Source of the DNA: Callorhinchus milii
Taxonomy: Eukaryota
Length of the DNA: 64,000 nt
Assembly: GCF_018977255.1 (NCBI RefSeq)
Contig: NW_024704743.1
Location: 37,822,001-37,886,000 of the forward strand
Reading direction: 5' to 3'
Shown here: in pieces, positions 25,019-38,664 of the stretch
Position numbering within the stretch: position 1 is the first letter of the stretch
Layout of the letters: every line of letters starts with the position of its first letter
Notes under the pieces: model-generated
What the model was told of the DNA's origin: nothing
The model's input: only the letters and a program-made list of their open reading frames with translations
Databases searched by the model: none
Made by a program: the position numbers and the translations under genes

Positions 25019-25867
25019 GTTTTAAGCAGAAGAAGCCTGCTCTCAGTGTAAGAAGCCAGATGTACCACCTTCCAACTAAGGGTCAGCAGTATACAACACT
25101 CTAAGCAAATCCACACTCAATGGGAGCCATTACAACCAAGTTGCCCTATAATAGTGAATTGAAGATAGGCATGGGACACAAATGTATTGAGGGATATAAT
25201 ATAAGTTCATTAAAGCAAATAGAACAAATAGACACAGTTTGATACATTCCTGCAGAATGAAGGATATGATGAGAGAAGGACAGATGGGAGGAATCGATGG
25301 GACAATGTCGGGGAGGTCCAATCAAAATCAATCTAAACAAATGCTACACCTTTTCCTATTCCCACCAAAGTACACTGTTCCTACAAGGTGAACCACCGTT
25401 CTGTTTCTGTACTACAGTATATTGTCTATTCCTTTTGTGATCATAGTGGGCAAGGAGAAGAAACTCACCATGTACACAGTGTGTTGTTGAGCTATCGTAA
25501 CAGACAATTACATCCACTTGGAACTCTTCCTTTCCACCACCATCACTAAACATATTGTAGTTGGATGGATGAGTGGTTGCAAATGATGGATTATCCTCCC
25601 CCACCCCCCTTCTACTTGCATCTCCTTTGAAAACAATTTGTGGGAAGAACTTTATTTGGCCAGGTATAAAACGTAAGTCAACCTTACTGTACAAAAGAGC
25701 AGTGGGACAGAATCGATCACTCTCTGTCGCCTTCTTAATCAGTCACGTTGGTGCCCCGCTGGCTGGAATAGAATTTTAGTGGTGACTGGCACCACTGAGG
25801 AGAACGATGTGTCAGGGAGAGGCAGGCAAATGATACACTGCTCCAAAAAGAAGAGTCTCACACATAC

Positions 25868-25987
25868 TTCAGTTTCTTGGCTTTCTCATCTGCACTCTGT
25901 AATTTTCGGAGTCTCATTCGCTCTCGCGGGGTCATTTTCTGTACTTCAGATCGTTCACGTAGTGTCTGGAGGTGAACCTTCTTCTGT
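25868..25987 (-). CDS. NEK11: NEK11 coding exon (coiled-coil), 120 nt, phase 2 to 2
   Basis: ttgtttccag|ACAGAAGAAG...AAACTGAA|gtatgt translates QKKVHLQTLRERSEVQKMTPRERMRLRKLQSADEKAKKL(K); SEVQKMTPRERMRLRKLQ is diagnostic for NEK11. Confidence 0.97.
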
Positions 25988-26805
25988 CTGGAAACAATGA
26001 AGTGCAAAATTTTAATATTGTGGGCTCGTCCAGCGTTTCAGGGAGTGAAGGCACCTCAGGGTGTTGTACTGAGCAGGAAGTTCCTGCACTGTCAAATCTG
26101 GGGTGATTTTGCTGATCTGTCAGGATGGCAGAATAGAGTGTTACAATTTGGTGTCAGTATCCCTGACCTGAGGGGAAAAACAGCCAAAGTTCCTGTTGCG
26201 TCATTATTCAGTGACACTTACATGAAAACGTACAAACGAAGAGTATCGCACGTATGTGTGTGTTGGAAGGGAACGTAATTACACATACACGTGCACAATC
26301 AAACACATTCTGAGTACATAATACCTGCTGAATGCTGCTGTATTAACAGGATTAACTGGCTGATGTTATAGAGCCACTTGAGAAGCAGACTTCATCTTTG
26401 AGGGAAATTAGATTCAACACACTGTGCCTTACTCTTAACTCAGAATTACGTACTATATTATTGCAGATGTATGGTAAACCGCAATAAGATCTCAAGTGAT
26501 CTGCCCAGGCCACTGACTACAACTCACCGATGCAGTATGAATTTGACACAGAACTTATGCAGTGAAAATAAATTCAGCAGCGAGTGGTGCAATAGTGTAC
26601 TATTCATTAACTTTACTTTGATATATATACATAAATAAAATATACGTATGCATCATTATTCCATTTTAGAAAATGTTTTTTCTCTTCCCACCAGAGTACA
26701 TTGATCAGATACAACTTTAAAATTAGAGCTAATTCAGTGAGAATCCAGAAAAAAAAGCCTTTACACAAAGCGATTTGGTTATGGAACAGACTGCTTCTTA
26801 ATATC

Positions 26806-27302
26806 GACGTGCTCCCCTTGGTGACATCATCCGCAGACATGGAGTCAACTTCCACATGTATGCGGATGACACCCAACTCTATCTTTCTGCCTCCAGTTCA
26901 AGATCCTGGTCCTCACCTACAAAGCCCTCCATGGCCTCGCCCCACCCTACCTCTGCGACCTCCTAACCCCCTACCAACCCGCCCATTCTCTCCGCTCAGC
27001 CGGCTCCGGCATGCTCCACGTCCCCCGACCCACCCGCCCCACCATTGGCGGGAGAGCCTTCAGCCACTCTGCCCCAACCTCTGGAATTCCATCCCCCAAT
27101 CACTCCACCTCGCCCCCTCCTTGGCCTCCTTCAAGTCCCGCCTCAAAACCCTCCTCTTGGACCACCCCCCTTCCCCTCCCCTCCCTTCTCCCCCCAACCC
27201 CAGCTCGGGTCTGAAATGCTGTACTCTGTCCAGTGCCTTGGGGCGTCCTCTCGACGTGAAAGGCGCCATACAAATGTAATCTTGTTGTTGTTATTGCTGT
27301 TG
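26806..27302 (+). mobile_element. L2 fragment with internal deletion
   Basis: [11 protein letters not shown] region joined directly (ctgcctcca|gttcaagatcc) to the FKILVL region and 3' end. Confidence 0.88.
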
Positions 27303-27339
27303 CCTCCTACGGCAATGTAAAACAAATACTCCTTCCACT

Positions 27340-27712
27340 TCATATAGTGCTTTACCAGGTGTTGTAAATTGTGGTGACTGTGCATTTGTACGCAAGCATG
27401 GCAGCCAATTTGCACACAGCAACGTTCCACAACCAGCCATGAAGTGAACAATCAATTTTTACCTTGGGGATTGTGGACAATGACACCACGAGAAACTCCC
27501 TTCTCTTTTCAAATCTTTTCATGGATACCCACCCTAGCATCCATCTTAACAGGCAGGCTAGATCTTGGTTTAAAATCTCATCTGAACGATGGCACCTCCA
27601 ACAATGCAGCACTCACCCAGCACCGCAATGAGCACCAGGAGCTCAAAGTATTGATGTGGGGCTTGAACCCCAAAACATCTGACCCAGAGAGTGCTACCAA
27701 CTGACCCAGGCA
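27340..27712 (-). mobile_element. Older tRNA-headed SINE
   Basis: Minus head tgcctgggtcagttggtagcactctctgggtcagatg...ggttcaagcccc; gttcagatgagattttaaacc. Confidence 0.75.
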
Positions 27713-28259
27713 GACAACCGATTTGCAATCAATTGAGGCATGAATAGAGATAGAGAGAGAAAGAAAAATATATAAGTGGGAATAAGGCAAGGAAACGATA
27801 TTAAAGAGCTATCATAGACTTCATGACTTCATGCATTAAGAACAAATCCAAGCAAACCCCCCACAAAGTCAAAATGAAAGAATGTTTTGTTTATAATTAT
27901 AATTACCTTATTATATTATCTACTTCATATTTTGCATTTCATAGCTTATTGAGGAAAATTACTCATCACTATACTATTGATCACATACAGTTCAGCCCCA
28001 ATATCACTATCAGCTCTTTTACCCTTTCAAATAGCAAAGGCCAGCTTTGGGGTGTTCAGTGTAGCAGCTGCAAAATAGTAGGAAAAGTGGAAAAACTAAC
28101 CGATTTTTAAAAAAACACACTATGAACAATATACTGGTTAATATAAAGAACAACAGAGGTGACAACAAATTTGAGATAAACCACAGTTCTTGTAATCACT
28201 CAGTTGAATGACTGCTACTATTTGCTTTGTTTAATTTATTAGAAGCCTCCAGTAACTGT

Positions 28260-28310
28260 TAACAGAAGAGAATACTCTTGAAGCCTAACAGAAGAGAATA
28301 CTCTTGAGGC
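28260..28310 (+). repeat. 26-bp tandem duplication
   Basis: taacagaagagaatactcttga(a/g)gc twice. Confidence 0.9.
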
Positions 28311-30059
28311 TTATCATTTTTCAGAGGTAACGGAGAGCTATTTGCCTCAACTGACCTGATTATATAGATAGTTCAAGTTGATACTGTCTAATTGCTTTTT
28401 TGCTGATTGGATCTGGCTAACTAATTGGTACTCATTCAAAAACTTGAATTCCTCTGCATTTGATTGAAGTGATTCCACTTAATAACACAGAACTCAAACA
28501 CAAGACGCAGACTAATTATTGCCTGCATGAACAATCTCTCTTGATTTTGCAAACACTTTCCACTTCCACTGCTTCTCCTGACCAGTCTGTTCAATATCTT
28601 CACTGCCACCTGGGTTAAATAGTTAAATCTAAGCTGTCTCGTATCTTTCGCCTCCTTAGTTTAAATCCATGACCACTGTTGTGGCGTCTATGGTTACATG
28701 AAACAGATTATTTTTGTTGACTTTAAATGGACATTTTAGAATCTTGAAAGTTTCAATAAGACCACTCTTGTGCATTCATTTCTCCATTTTAAACATTCCC
28801 AGTTCCTGGAGCCTGTGTCTAATCCTAGGTATTAGTTCACTGTATTTAGACAGATACATGTTTAAGATTTTACCCTGTAACCATTTTAATCAACTATGTG
28901 ATTTACATGGCCATTATTTATGGAAATTAAATTAACTAAACTGAAATTATAATATAAATCCTTGCTAATTAGTAAATTTCCAATTCTACTTCTACTTGTA
29001 AGACATATTAACACCCGCAATCTCCTCTCATTATTTCCTAATGGCAGATTCCGCTTAGATTCATATTGCAGCTCATAATTAAATATAGTTCAAGTGCGTA
29101 TCAGGTCTTGCCTGCAGTGAATTTGTTTCAAATTATTTTGTAATGACTAATATTTAGAGATGTGTAGTCAAAGAATCATTTGTTCAATCGGATTAACAGT
29201 GAAATGTCAGCTGGTGGTAGGCACAATGATTTGTGATTTCAATACCACACAATAGCATTTTAACCATTGAAATACTGAATTAGTTTCAATACAAACATTT
29301 GTTTTTGATCAGCTGTGTTTGTGACGCTCAGCTAAAATCAATTTGCGCAAATATGTAGGAATGTACAAGATCAGGAAAAGCCATCATAGTCTATCTAACT
29401 GATCCCATTTTTTAAATGCCATTGTTTTCTATCTTTTGAGTTTCAAACCTCAATTCTGTGAACTTTTGGACTATATTGAATGTATTAAGTCCAGCTTGTC
29501 TACTCTTCAGGATCTGAAACAAAGTTTCAGTAGCATCACCATTAATCTTTTTTTGCAGTGTAGACAGTGTAAACGGTCATGGATTTTGCCATCTCTCCTC
29601 AAAGCTTAGGTGCTTCAACCCATTCATCAGTCTGGCCACCTGTCTGTACTTTCTCCAAATCTGTATTGAACTTCGCACAAAATCTGAGACTGGACCAATG
29701 TTTTGTAATAGTTTACAATTACACAAGAACCTCTGCTTTTTTAAAAAAAACGTGCTGTTGTACATTATGTTGGGGATTTCAAATGGCTATCACCAGTATA
29801 TCCACATTCTTCCCCTGGTTCATGTCATGTAAATATTTGCTCTTCAGTTTATTTTCCCAATCTGTATTTTCCCCAGCCCAAAGCCACCGCTTTACATTTA
29901 TCCAATTCTCTCTATTAAGTCAGTTTGGTCCTAGTTATCTGCAAATTCCCCACACACTTTCACAAATTAGTAAATGTGATAACTGTGATTCTGTGCCCCA
30001 AATCATTTACATACACTGTAAACAATACAGCCCTTAGCTTCGAACCATGCTCCAGTCAC

Positions 30060-30230
30060 CTGCTTCCATCCAGTGAGACTCCAACCTGTGCTTATCAGAT
30101 GTCAAATGACCAACTCGTGACTATCCTCCTTGTAGGAGAGGCAAGTGGGGTTTCCTTGGAGCTGAACTGGCTCTAAGGTGATATGTTTGGCAACGGAATG
30201 TCAGAATCAAGCCAACCCTCTCTGACGGTC
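30060..30230 (+). mobile_element. Second relic of the zinc-knuckle LINE at 55555-56340
   Basis: tcagatgtcaaatgaccaactcgtgactatcctccttg...ccttggagctgaactggctctaaggtga matches the reverse complement of 55690-55835. Confidence 0.6.
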
Positions 30231-30602
30231 TTGTTAGTCCGGTTTCTGAGCCAGGCGGGTCTGCAGTATTCCAGGGGACTGCTGATGCCAGCCTAGCCAG
30301 CCTGGCTCACTGGCAGGACTGGGAAGGGCAGAACAGTTGCTGTTGGCAGGGACTCCTGCTGAATAGGGCTGTCCTAGCTAGAGAAGCAGCAAGAAGCTTG
30401 CCAGACAGTGCTTTCCAAGACAACAGGAGAAACTCCCTTCTCTTTTCAAATAGTAGCATTGGATCTTTAAAATCTATTTGAACAAGCAGATGGGGCCTCG
30501 GTTTAACATCTCATCCGAAGGACGGCAGGACTAATAATGCAATACGTCCCAGCACTGCATTGAAGTCTCAGCTGAGTCAGGTTTCAAGCCCTGATGACTT
30601 TG

Positions 30603-32775
30603 AATATGATTGAATTCTGCATTAAATTAGAGAGGAAGGATCTGAAATCCGATGACCAGGAGGTCGAGACAATATGGGTGGAAATAAAAAATAATAAAGG
30701 GCAGAAAATAGACCTCCAAACAGCGATCACAATATAGCACAGGGTATCAATCAAGAAATCAGTGGAGCATGGAGGAAAGGTAAAGCGATAATAGTGGGTG
30801 ATTTCAATCTCCACATAGATTGGGAAAGCCAAATTGGCAAAAGTAGGTCAGAAGAAGAGTTCATTGAGTGTATGAGAGACAACTTTCTAGAGCAGCATGC
30901 CGAGGAACCAACTAGGGGACAGGCCATCCTAGACCTTGTTTTGTGTAATGAAACAGGGCTAGTTGGCAGTGTAGGTATTAAGAAACCTCCAGGGCAGAGT
31001 GATCACAATATGATTGAATTCTGCATTAAGTTACAGAGGGACATAGTTAAATCCGAGGCAAGTATTTTGAATTTAAATAGGGCTAATTTTGTAGGTATGA
31101 GGAAAGATTTAGGTAAAATAGACTGGAGAATAAGATTAAGAGGTAAAAATGTAGACCAACAGTGGCAAATATTTAAGGATGTAGTGCAAAATTCTCAGCG
31201 GTCGCATATTCCCTTGCGGAATAAGAGAACCACAAGGAAAGCAATTCATCCGTGGCTAACTAGAGCAGTTAGGGAAGGCATCAAACTAAAAGAAAAGGCT
31301 TACAAAACTGCCAAGAAAAGCAGCAAATCTGAAGATTGGGAGAGTTTTAGAAACCAGCAAAATAAAACTAAAAAACTGATTAAGAGTGAGAAAAAGTAGT
31401 ATGAGGGTAAGCTAGCTAGGAACACTAAGTCTGATTGTAAAAGTTTTTACAAATATATTAAGAGGAATAGGCTACTGAGGGTAAATGTAGGGCCACTTCA
31501 GTCAGAGACAGGAGAAGTTGTAATATTTCCAGGAGGATATTTCCAGTAAACTAGATAAGGGTGAATCAGTGGATGTGGTCTATTTGGACTTCCAGAAGGC
31601 ATTCGATAAGGTGCCACATAAAAGGTTAGTCCAAAAGATAAGGGCCCATGGAATTGGGGGGAGCATATTAACGTGGATTGGGGAATGGTTAACGGGTAGG
31701 AAATAAAGAGTCGGGATAAACGGGTCCTTTTCAGATTGGCGGGATGTGACTAGTGGAGTGCCACAAGGATCAGTTGTTGGGCCTCAGCTATTTACCATCT
31801 ACATCAACGATCTAGATGAGGACATCAAAGTTAATATATCTAAATTCGCGGATGACACAAAACTAGGAGGAAGTGTCAACACAGAGGACGACATTAAAAA
31901 AATGCAGCGAGACATAGATAGGTTAGGTGATTGGGCAGGTAGGTGGCAGATGAAGTATAATGTAGGGAAGTGCGAAGTCATCCACCTAGGTAGCAAAAAC
32001 AGTAGAGCGGGTTATTTTTTAGAAGGGGAGAGATTGGAATGTGTTAGCGTCCAGAGGGACTTGGGTGTCCTTGTACACCAATCACAGAAAGTTAGTCTGC
32101 AGGTGCAGGAAACAATTAGGAAGGCGAACGGTATGTTAGCATTCATTATGAAAGGATTAGAGTATAAGAGTAGGGAAGTCTTGCTGCAACTGTATAGGGC
32201 CCTGGTGAGACCACACCTGGAATACTGTGTCCAGTTTTGGTCTCCTCATTTAAGGAGGGATGTACTTGCCTTGGACGGAGTGCAGCGTAGGTTTACTAGG
32301 TTAGTACCAGGGATGAAGGGGTTGAGTTACGAGGATAGGCTGAACAATTTGGGCCTATATTCTCTAGAATATAGAAGAATTAGAGGGGATCTTATAGAAA
32401 CCTATAAGATCATCAAAGGGCATGATAGAGTAGATAGTGGGAGATTGTTTCCCCTGGTTGGAGAAACTAAAACCAGGGGTCACAACCTTAAAATCAGAGG
32501 CCAACCCTTTCGCACTGAGTTGAGGAAGAACTTCTTCACTCAAAGGGTGGTGAATGTATGGAACTCACTACCCCAAAGGGCTGTTGACGCTCAGTCCTTG
32601 AACATATTCAAGACTGAGATAGATAGATTTCTTATTGCAAAAGGGATTAAGGGATATGGGGATAAGGCAGGGTCAGGTTATTAGCTGGAGTTAGATTAGA
32701 AGATCAGCCATGATTGAATGGCGGAGCAGGTTCGAAGGGCCGAATGGCCTACTCCTGCTCCTACATGTTATGTTA
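30603..32775 (+). mobile_element. CR1 LINE ORF2 (endonuclease part, internal deletion, RT, 3' UTR), inactive
   Basis: GDFNLHIDW, PTRGQAILDLV, SDHNMI; jump at about 31523 to YLDFQKAFDKVPH; ORF 31746-32684 GVPQGS, FADDTK; stops at 31399 and near 31705; tail tgttatgtta. Confidence 0.95.
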
Positions 32776-33378
32776 ATATTCTCTCTAATACTGTACTCTG
32801 CGCATGCCAGACTCACTGACCTGTTATTCAATTTCTTAACTATAAGCAATTAATCTTAAACATTTGTCAATGATGCCGTAGGAAAATGACCTCTGCTAAC
32901 TTGACACTTTTGTAATAATGACCTGCTCTGTCACTATTGGCCTTGAGTGGGAAATAGTCCTTTCTTTTTTAAAAAGCCCCATGGCTGGGAAACATAATTT
33001 ACTTGTATTTTCAGAAGGCATTTGAAATGGTGCCTTTTAAAGTAGATTAAAGCTTGTGGAAGTAACAGAAAATGGGTATAGGGATTGAAAAGAAGATTAA
33101 TGCTTGTGGAAGTGATAGAAAATTAGCTTGAGGGGTTCAAAATTGGCATGGTAATAAAAAGGAGCTGATGAGAAATGGAAAAGGCTCTGGCTAGTGATAC
33201 CGGCTAGTGAAAGTTTGCTGGGTGTGCTCTAGTTCCCTGATATTTAAACAAATGACAGAAGGAAGGGTCCTTTACTTACGTTACAAAGTCTGCTGATTAC
33301 ACCATGCTATGTGAGAGAAATTACAGCAATCAAAGGAAAAGTGTTTTGATTAATACTCTTCCGACTGATGTAAGTACA

Positions 33379-33619
33379 GTGGAGTCCTGTAGCTCAGCGG
33401 TTAGAGCACTCGTTTTGCAAGCAAAAGACCTGGGTTTGACTCTCGGTGGGGCAAAACTTCGGGCAAGTTTCCTTACTCCACACTTTTCCGGTGTAATAAT
33501 TCCTTCAAAAAAATAAGAAACTGATCACTCAATCCACAATTATTTGTGGGAAGTCACTGTGACAATTGGCTGGCGTGTTTCGCCAACAAAATATACAGTC
33601 AATTCACTTTACAGTATAT
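33379..33619 (+). mobile_element. tRNA-derived SINE truncated at an L2 boundary
   Basis: gtggagtcctgtagctcagcggttagagcactcg head; ends at cactttacagtatat. Confidence 0.85.
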
Positions 33620-34956
33620 CGTGGAACGAGTTGTTGCTTCCCAGCTTCGCTCCTTCCTCTACCGCCACTCCCTTCACAAACCCCTGCAATCGGGTTTCCG
33701 TGCCGCCCATAGCACAGAAACAGCCCTGGTCAAAGTGACTAATGACATTCTGTCCATCTGCAACCAGGGCTCCCTCTGCCTCCTTCTGCTGCCTTCAACA
33801 CAGTCAACCACTCTATCTTCATCCATCGCATCTCCTCTCACCTCAACCTTCACGGTTCTGTATTTGAATGGTTCAGATCCTACCTCTCACACCGCTCCAC
33901 TTCATCCCCACAAACGGCTTCTCCTCCAGCCCCCGCACCGTCTCGTGTGGCGTTCCTCAGGGCTCTGTCCTTGGTCCCCTCCTCTTCAACATCTATATGC
34001 TCCCTCTTGGTGACATCATCCGCAGACATGGGGTCAACTTCCACATGTATGCGGATGACACCCAACTGTACCTCTCTGCCTCCACCCTTGACTCCAGGAC
34101 CACTGCTGTCCTGACAGAATGTCTGTCAGACATCAAGTCCTGGATGAGAGCTAACTTTCTACAGTTGAACGTCAACAAGACCGAGGCTCTCCTGATTGGC
34201 TCCGGTCAGCGCCTCCACACCTCACGCGCTGACAGCATCACCATCCATGGTTACACACTCCACCTTACTAAGCCAGTCCGGAACCTTGGGGTCTTGTTTG
34301 ACCCTCAACTATCTTTTCTACCCCACATCTGTGCCATGACCCGCTCTGCCTTCCCCCACCTCTGCAACATTGCCCGGCCCAGCCACTGTCTCACACTGCA
34401 GGCCGCCAAAATCCTCATACACGCCTTCATTACATTCGAGACTTGACTATGCAAACTCCCTGCTTGACGGCCTCTCCAACTCCTCCTTCCACAGGCTGCA
34501 GATCATCCAGAACTCTGCAGCCCATGTCCTCTCCCACACTAGGCTCTGTGACCCTATCACCCCCATCCTCTCCGATTCCACTGGCTTCCCATCACACAGA
34601 GGATACAGTTCAAGATCCTGGTCCTCACCTTCAAAGCCCTCCATGGTCTTGCTACCCCTATCTCTGTTACCCTGCTAACCCCTACCATCCTGCTCGCCCC
34701 CTCCGCTCAACGCGCAGGCCTTCTGCCACTCTGCCCCCACCCTCTGGAACTCCATCCTGCAGTCCTTCGCCTCACTCCCTCCCTTGCCATCTTTAAGACC
34801 CAACTCAAGACCCACCTCTTCGACTGTGCTTCACCCCTGCCTTCCAATTGCATGAACCTGACCCCCAGCTCAGGTCCGTAACTCTGGCTGTCCAGCGCCT
34901 TGGGACGTCCTCTCGATGTAAAAGACGCTTTACAAATGTAATTTTATTGTTGTTGT
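33620..34956 (+). mobile_element. L2 LINE, 5'-truncated ORF2, frameshifted
   Basis: [51 protein letters not shown]; (TTG)n tail. Confidence 0.95.
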
Positions 34957-37900
34957 AAAACAAACTTGCAGACTGAAAAAAAGAAACAGACCCGACCCCA
35001 CCCTCCCCACCCCGCCAGATTTCTATCTCAGTTGCCATCATGAGCCCATTGTTGAGTGTAGCAAGACTAAAGGATCGAAAGAGTTGTTTTCTTTTCAAAA
35101 AAATCCTACAATATATTATAAATAAAATCAGATTCTATGGGTGTGAGTTTGAGGCTGGAACCTAATCAAAAAAAGCTCAGCTGACTGTAATAATGCTCTC
35201 ATCATTTTCATCTGATCTGCTCGACTGCACTCAATCTTTGCCATTGGTTATTCTACACTGCAGGCTAACCAGATAAATATACAGTAATCAGGTGCTGAAT
35301 CTATCACTCTCTCTCCCTCTCTCTCAAAATCTACAGGATTTAACCGTCCTAAAGTCTACTTAGCCTTAACCTATTACATCATTTTGTCTTAAACTTTACG
35401 ACTGACAAGAACTGTAGAAAAATCATAAATTCAGTCCAAATTTAGAAGCCTTTTTTCTGGTTGTTAAAAAGTACCGGGATCTGAAATTTAGATTAAAGTT
35501 AAAAATTTCCCCCTATTCTGCATGATCTTAAGCTTGAAGACAAAATGGTTTTAAAGGCTAAGACTGGATAGAATTACAGGCCATAACCTCAATTTCTCAA
35601 TGCTTCAGTGTGAGCAGAAAACAATATTCACTCTGTCAGCAATGTGCTGCATAAGTGCCATGAACTTCTGTCGTGACAGCTGCTATCTCCAAACAGAAAC
35701 CACCCCAAAAATGGAACACAACACTACATAATCTAAAAAATAATAGATATCCGCCCCCCCCCCCCCCCCCCCCGCAGTGATTTAAAGGTTATAATCTCAT
35801 CTGAGAGCTCAACCAGCCATAAAATAACTTTCCCGCCTCATGCTCATTGGTCTCTGTCCCCATACAAATCTCTTTGGTTTACAAGTCATTTATTTGCAAG
35901 GGATTTAATGCATGTCATAGCAGCTGACCATGGGAACCTCTAAATCAGACAGCCGCTCCATGATCACTTGAGTTATCCATTTTTCTATAAATGCCTCATT
36001 TGAGAACCTCAATTAAAAGACCCAAAGGTAAACTCTCCTGGAGGTCTATTACAGTAGACTTATGCCAAACTGGAAACACTAGGCTATGCAAATACTTGCC
36101 TGACCAAACCACAACCACCCTCTTCCCCTTCGCACCAACCACAGTCTCACACTTTGGAGCAGTTGAATTGTGGTTCATTTCTCCATCGCTGTGTGAATCA
36201 AATACTGTTAAATTTTTTGTAAAAAACACAGAAATATTTTAATAACACAGAATCTGATTGGTCTTGGCTGTGGTTCCCTCTCTTCTTCCCTTCCTCCCAT
36301 GACCAGTTGAGTGGCTCACCGACCCTGGCCATTGAAGCTCACGTGCTAAAAGTTGCCAGAGAGTACTTTTGGAACAACAGTAGGCCAGAAAGAAAAAAAT
36401 GATATAAAAAGCCTTTAGGAGACGAGAGTATTGCAAGAGGAAAAAAATAATGGTAAAAATATTGTGAACAACATAAATGCAACTTTAAATTACTCTTTTA
36501 AAATGTCACTGCATTTATCAAGCAGATCTGCACTAGAAGTGACTTGAAATTACTTCTGTTTATTCCATACTACAGTACCTCATTTCACTGTAACGTGGAT
36601 TAAGATTGTGCCAAAGATGCTCAGTGCTGCACTCTGCATCAGCATTAACACATTCCAATGGTGTAGACGCAATTTAGCTGACTGAATTCTAAATAGTTCA
36701 ATGAAATCAGTATCAGATCGCCTTGAGCCTGCCCCTCAAACAGGATATAATACTATTGTTTCTTTTCATAGTTAACATTGCACATTCAAAAAGGCTGGGA
36801 CTACAGTAGTCCATTTATCCTTTGGAGCCAGAAATGACTTTGTAACCTTTAAAGAAAGTGAGATTAGGATTTTTCTCACTCTTTAGCATTTTAATTCTTC
36901 ATGGTTTAATGGAGGAGTGAGACATGTGATTTTTTAAAATTACAAGTATGAGCTCTGTGGAAGGCTATGATTAGATTACACATAACGTTGAGGCACTGAA
37001 TATTTTAATGAATGTTTCAGTCTGAGAAGAAAACATAAGAGCTTTTTCTTTTGTCAGGCATGTGAATTTCCGAATGTGCTAGTGACAGACATATCCCTCA
37101 AACCAATGAAAGTGGTTTTTTTTGTTCCATCTGGTCACATCTAAAGTTTTAGGCAGAGAATATGCAATTGCAGAGAATTAATCTTAATATTCTTACTATT
37201 TATCCTTCAACAGTTTGGATTCTAAATTGGATTGGGACTCCAAAGATTTCTTTAAGTATTCTGACCAAAGCAATGAACAGACATCGCCAAAATCGTAGGG
37301 AGTTCATTAAACACGACAGAGGTTCTGCGGGTGTGTGCCTTTTCTACCATCTCCATTGTATCTGCGCATTTCATACCAAATCAAAGACAGGAGAACAAAT
37401 CTCAGTTCCTTCAATATTTCATTCTTTCTGTGAAATGAGCTCAAGTGATATAGGCACTTGAAACCCGATCATAAAGTTGGAAAAGACTTCCTTTCACTCA
37501 GATCCATTTGTTTGGATACCCAGGTGTCTGGCAAATGCAAAAAGCAGTTTTAAGAGTGCAAGCTAGAGTTCCACACACGAACCCCACCTACGCATGGAAA
37601 TTCCCGTGGCCATAATGGAATATGCACTTGCTCCGTGTAGGGACGCACCCTGCTTACCTATAAGTATTAGGCGCAGATTGGCAAGAGCGAAGGCTTGGGG
37701 ACCCCAAATGTGCTGAGGTCCTGATGGTGTCTAACCAGCTCAAACCACATCGCAGCTCAATGGCTCAAACCATTGAGAGGACTATCTGGAAGCTTCCCAC
37801 TGATTGTCCAGTTAGAACCATCCTGCCTATTAGGGCTTTCACTTATAGGGTTAACAAGAGCCAAGTGGAGGGGAAAAAGCTCTAATTTTATGTCATGTTT

Positions 37901-38664
37901 TCAGATAGGTGTAAGTTAACACCCATTGTCGCCATCCTCCAGCTCAAGGTGTGTTGCTTAGGGAGTAACAAGGTGACAAATATGGGGGGAAAAATCTTGA
38001 TTATTTTTTCCTTTTCGAGCTCTCAATACTCCTCTGAGGCTGCTTTGCCAAATCAGTAGATGATGAAGAGATTTCACCAATTCAAAATGCATTAACTAAA
38101 GCTAATTAACCACCAAATCACTGCACTTGCGTCCATTTTAACTACAGGGAAATAAAATAAACTGGGCAAGACTGTTATCGGTTGCAGTTCATTAAAAAGT
38201 GCAACCAGAATATCATCAGTTTCTTGTGCAGGAACTGGCAAAAACCTTATTACCAGGCCTAGTTGCAACTAATTGATCACTCATTTTCATGTCTAATGGA
38301 ATCAGACTCTGGTGCTTGTGTTTTAGATATAAAAAGAACAAGGCTGTGTGACATGTTGAATAAAGGAAACTCTTGGCCAGTTACAGTAAGATCTTAACAT
38401 TATACACATAAACTCCATTGCACACTACTCCTTGCAATACTTTAGTTTTGGTCATACAAATGGACAATATAGCTGGAATCATAGTTTAGCTCATAAGAAG
38501 GCCATTCAGCCCATTATGACCATTGCTGGTTCTAGCTACCCCATTGGAGCCATCAACTCTCACCCTCTTCACCTGCTCTTTCACACATCCTTTAACATTA
38601 TGTATTTGTCAAGATTTTCCTCATTGCGTTTTGTTTTTGTAAACCTTTATTTTACATTTACAAT

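Noticed and set aside
33379..33455. tRNA-Ala-like sequences as tRNA genes (also 7646, 44783, 58640)
   Set aside because: No acceptor stem; each continues into a SINE body.
37162..37461. 99-aa plus-strand ORF as a nested gene
   Set aside because: No recognisable domain or partner exons; length compatible with chance.
37940..37980. gtaacaagg resembling an SSU rRNA 3' end
   Set aside because: Only 9 nt match; surrounding sequence is not rRNA-like.
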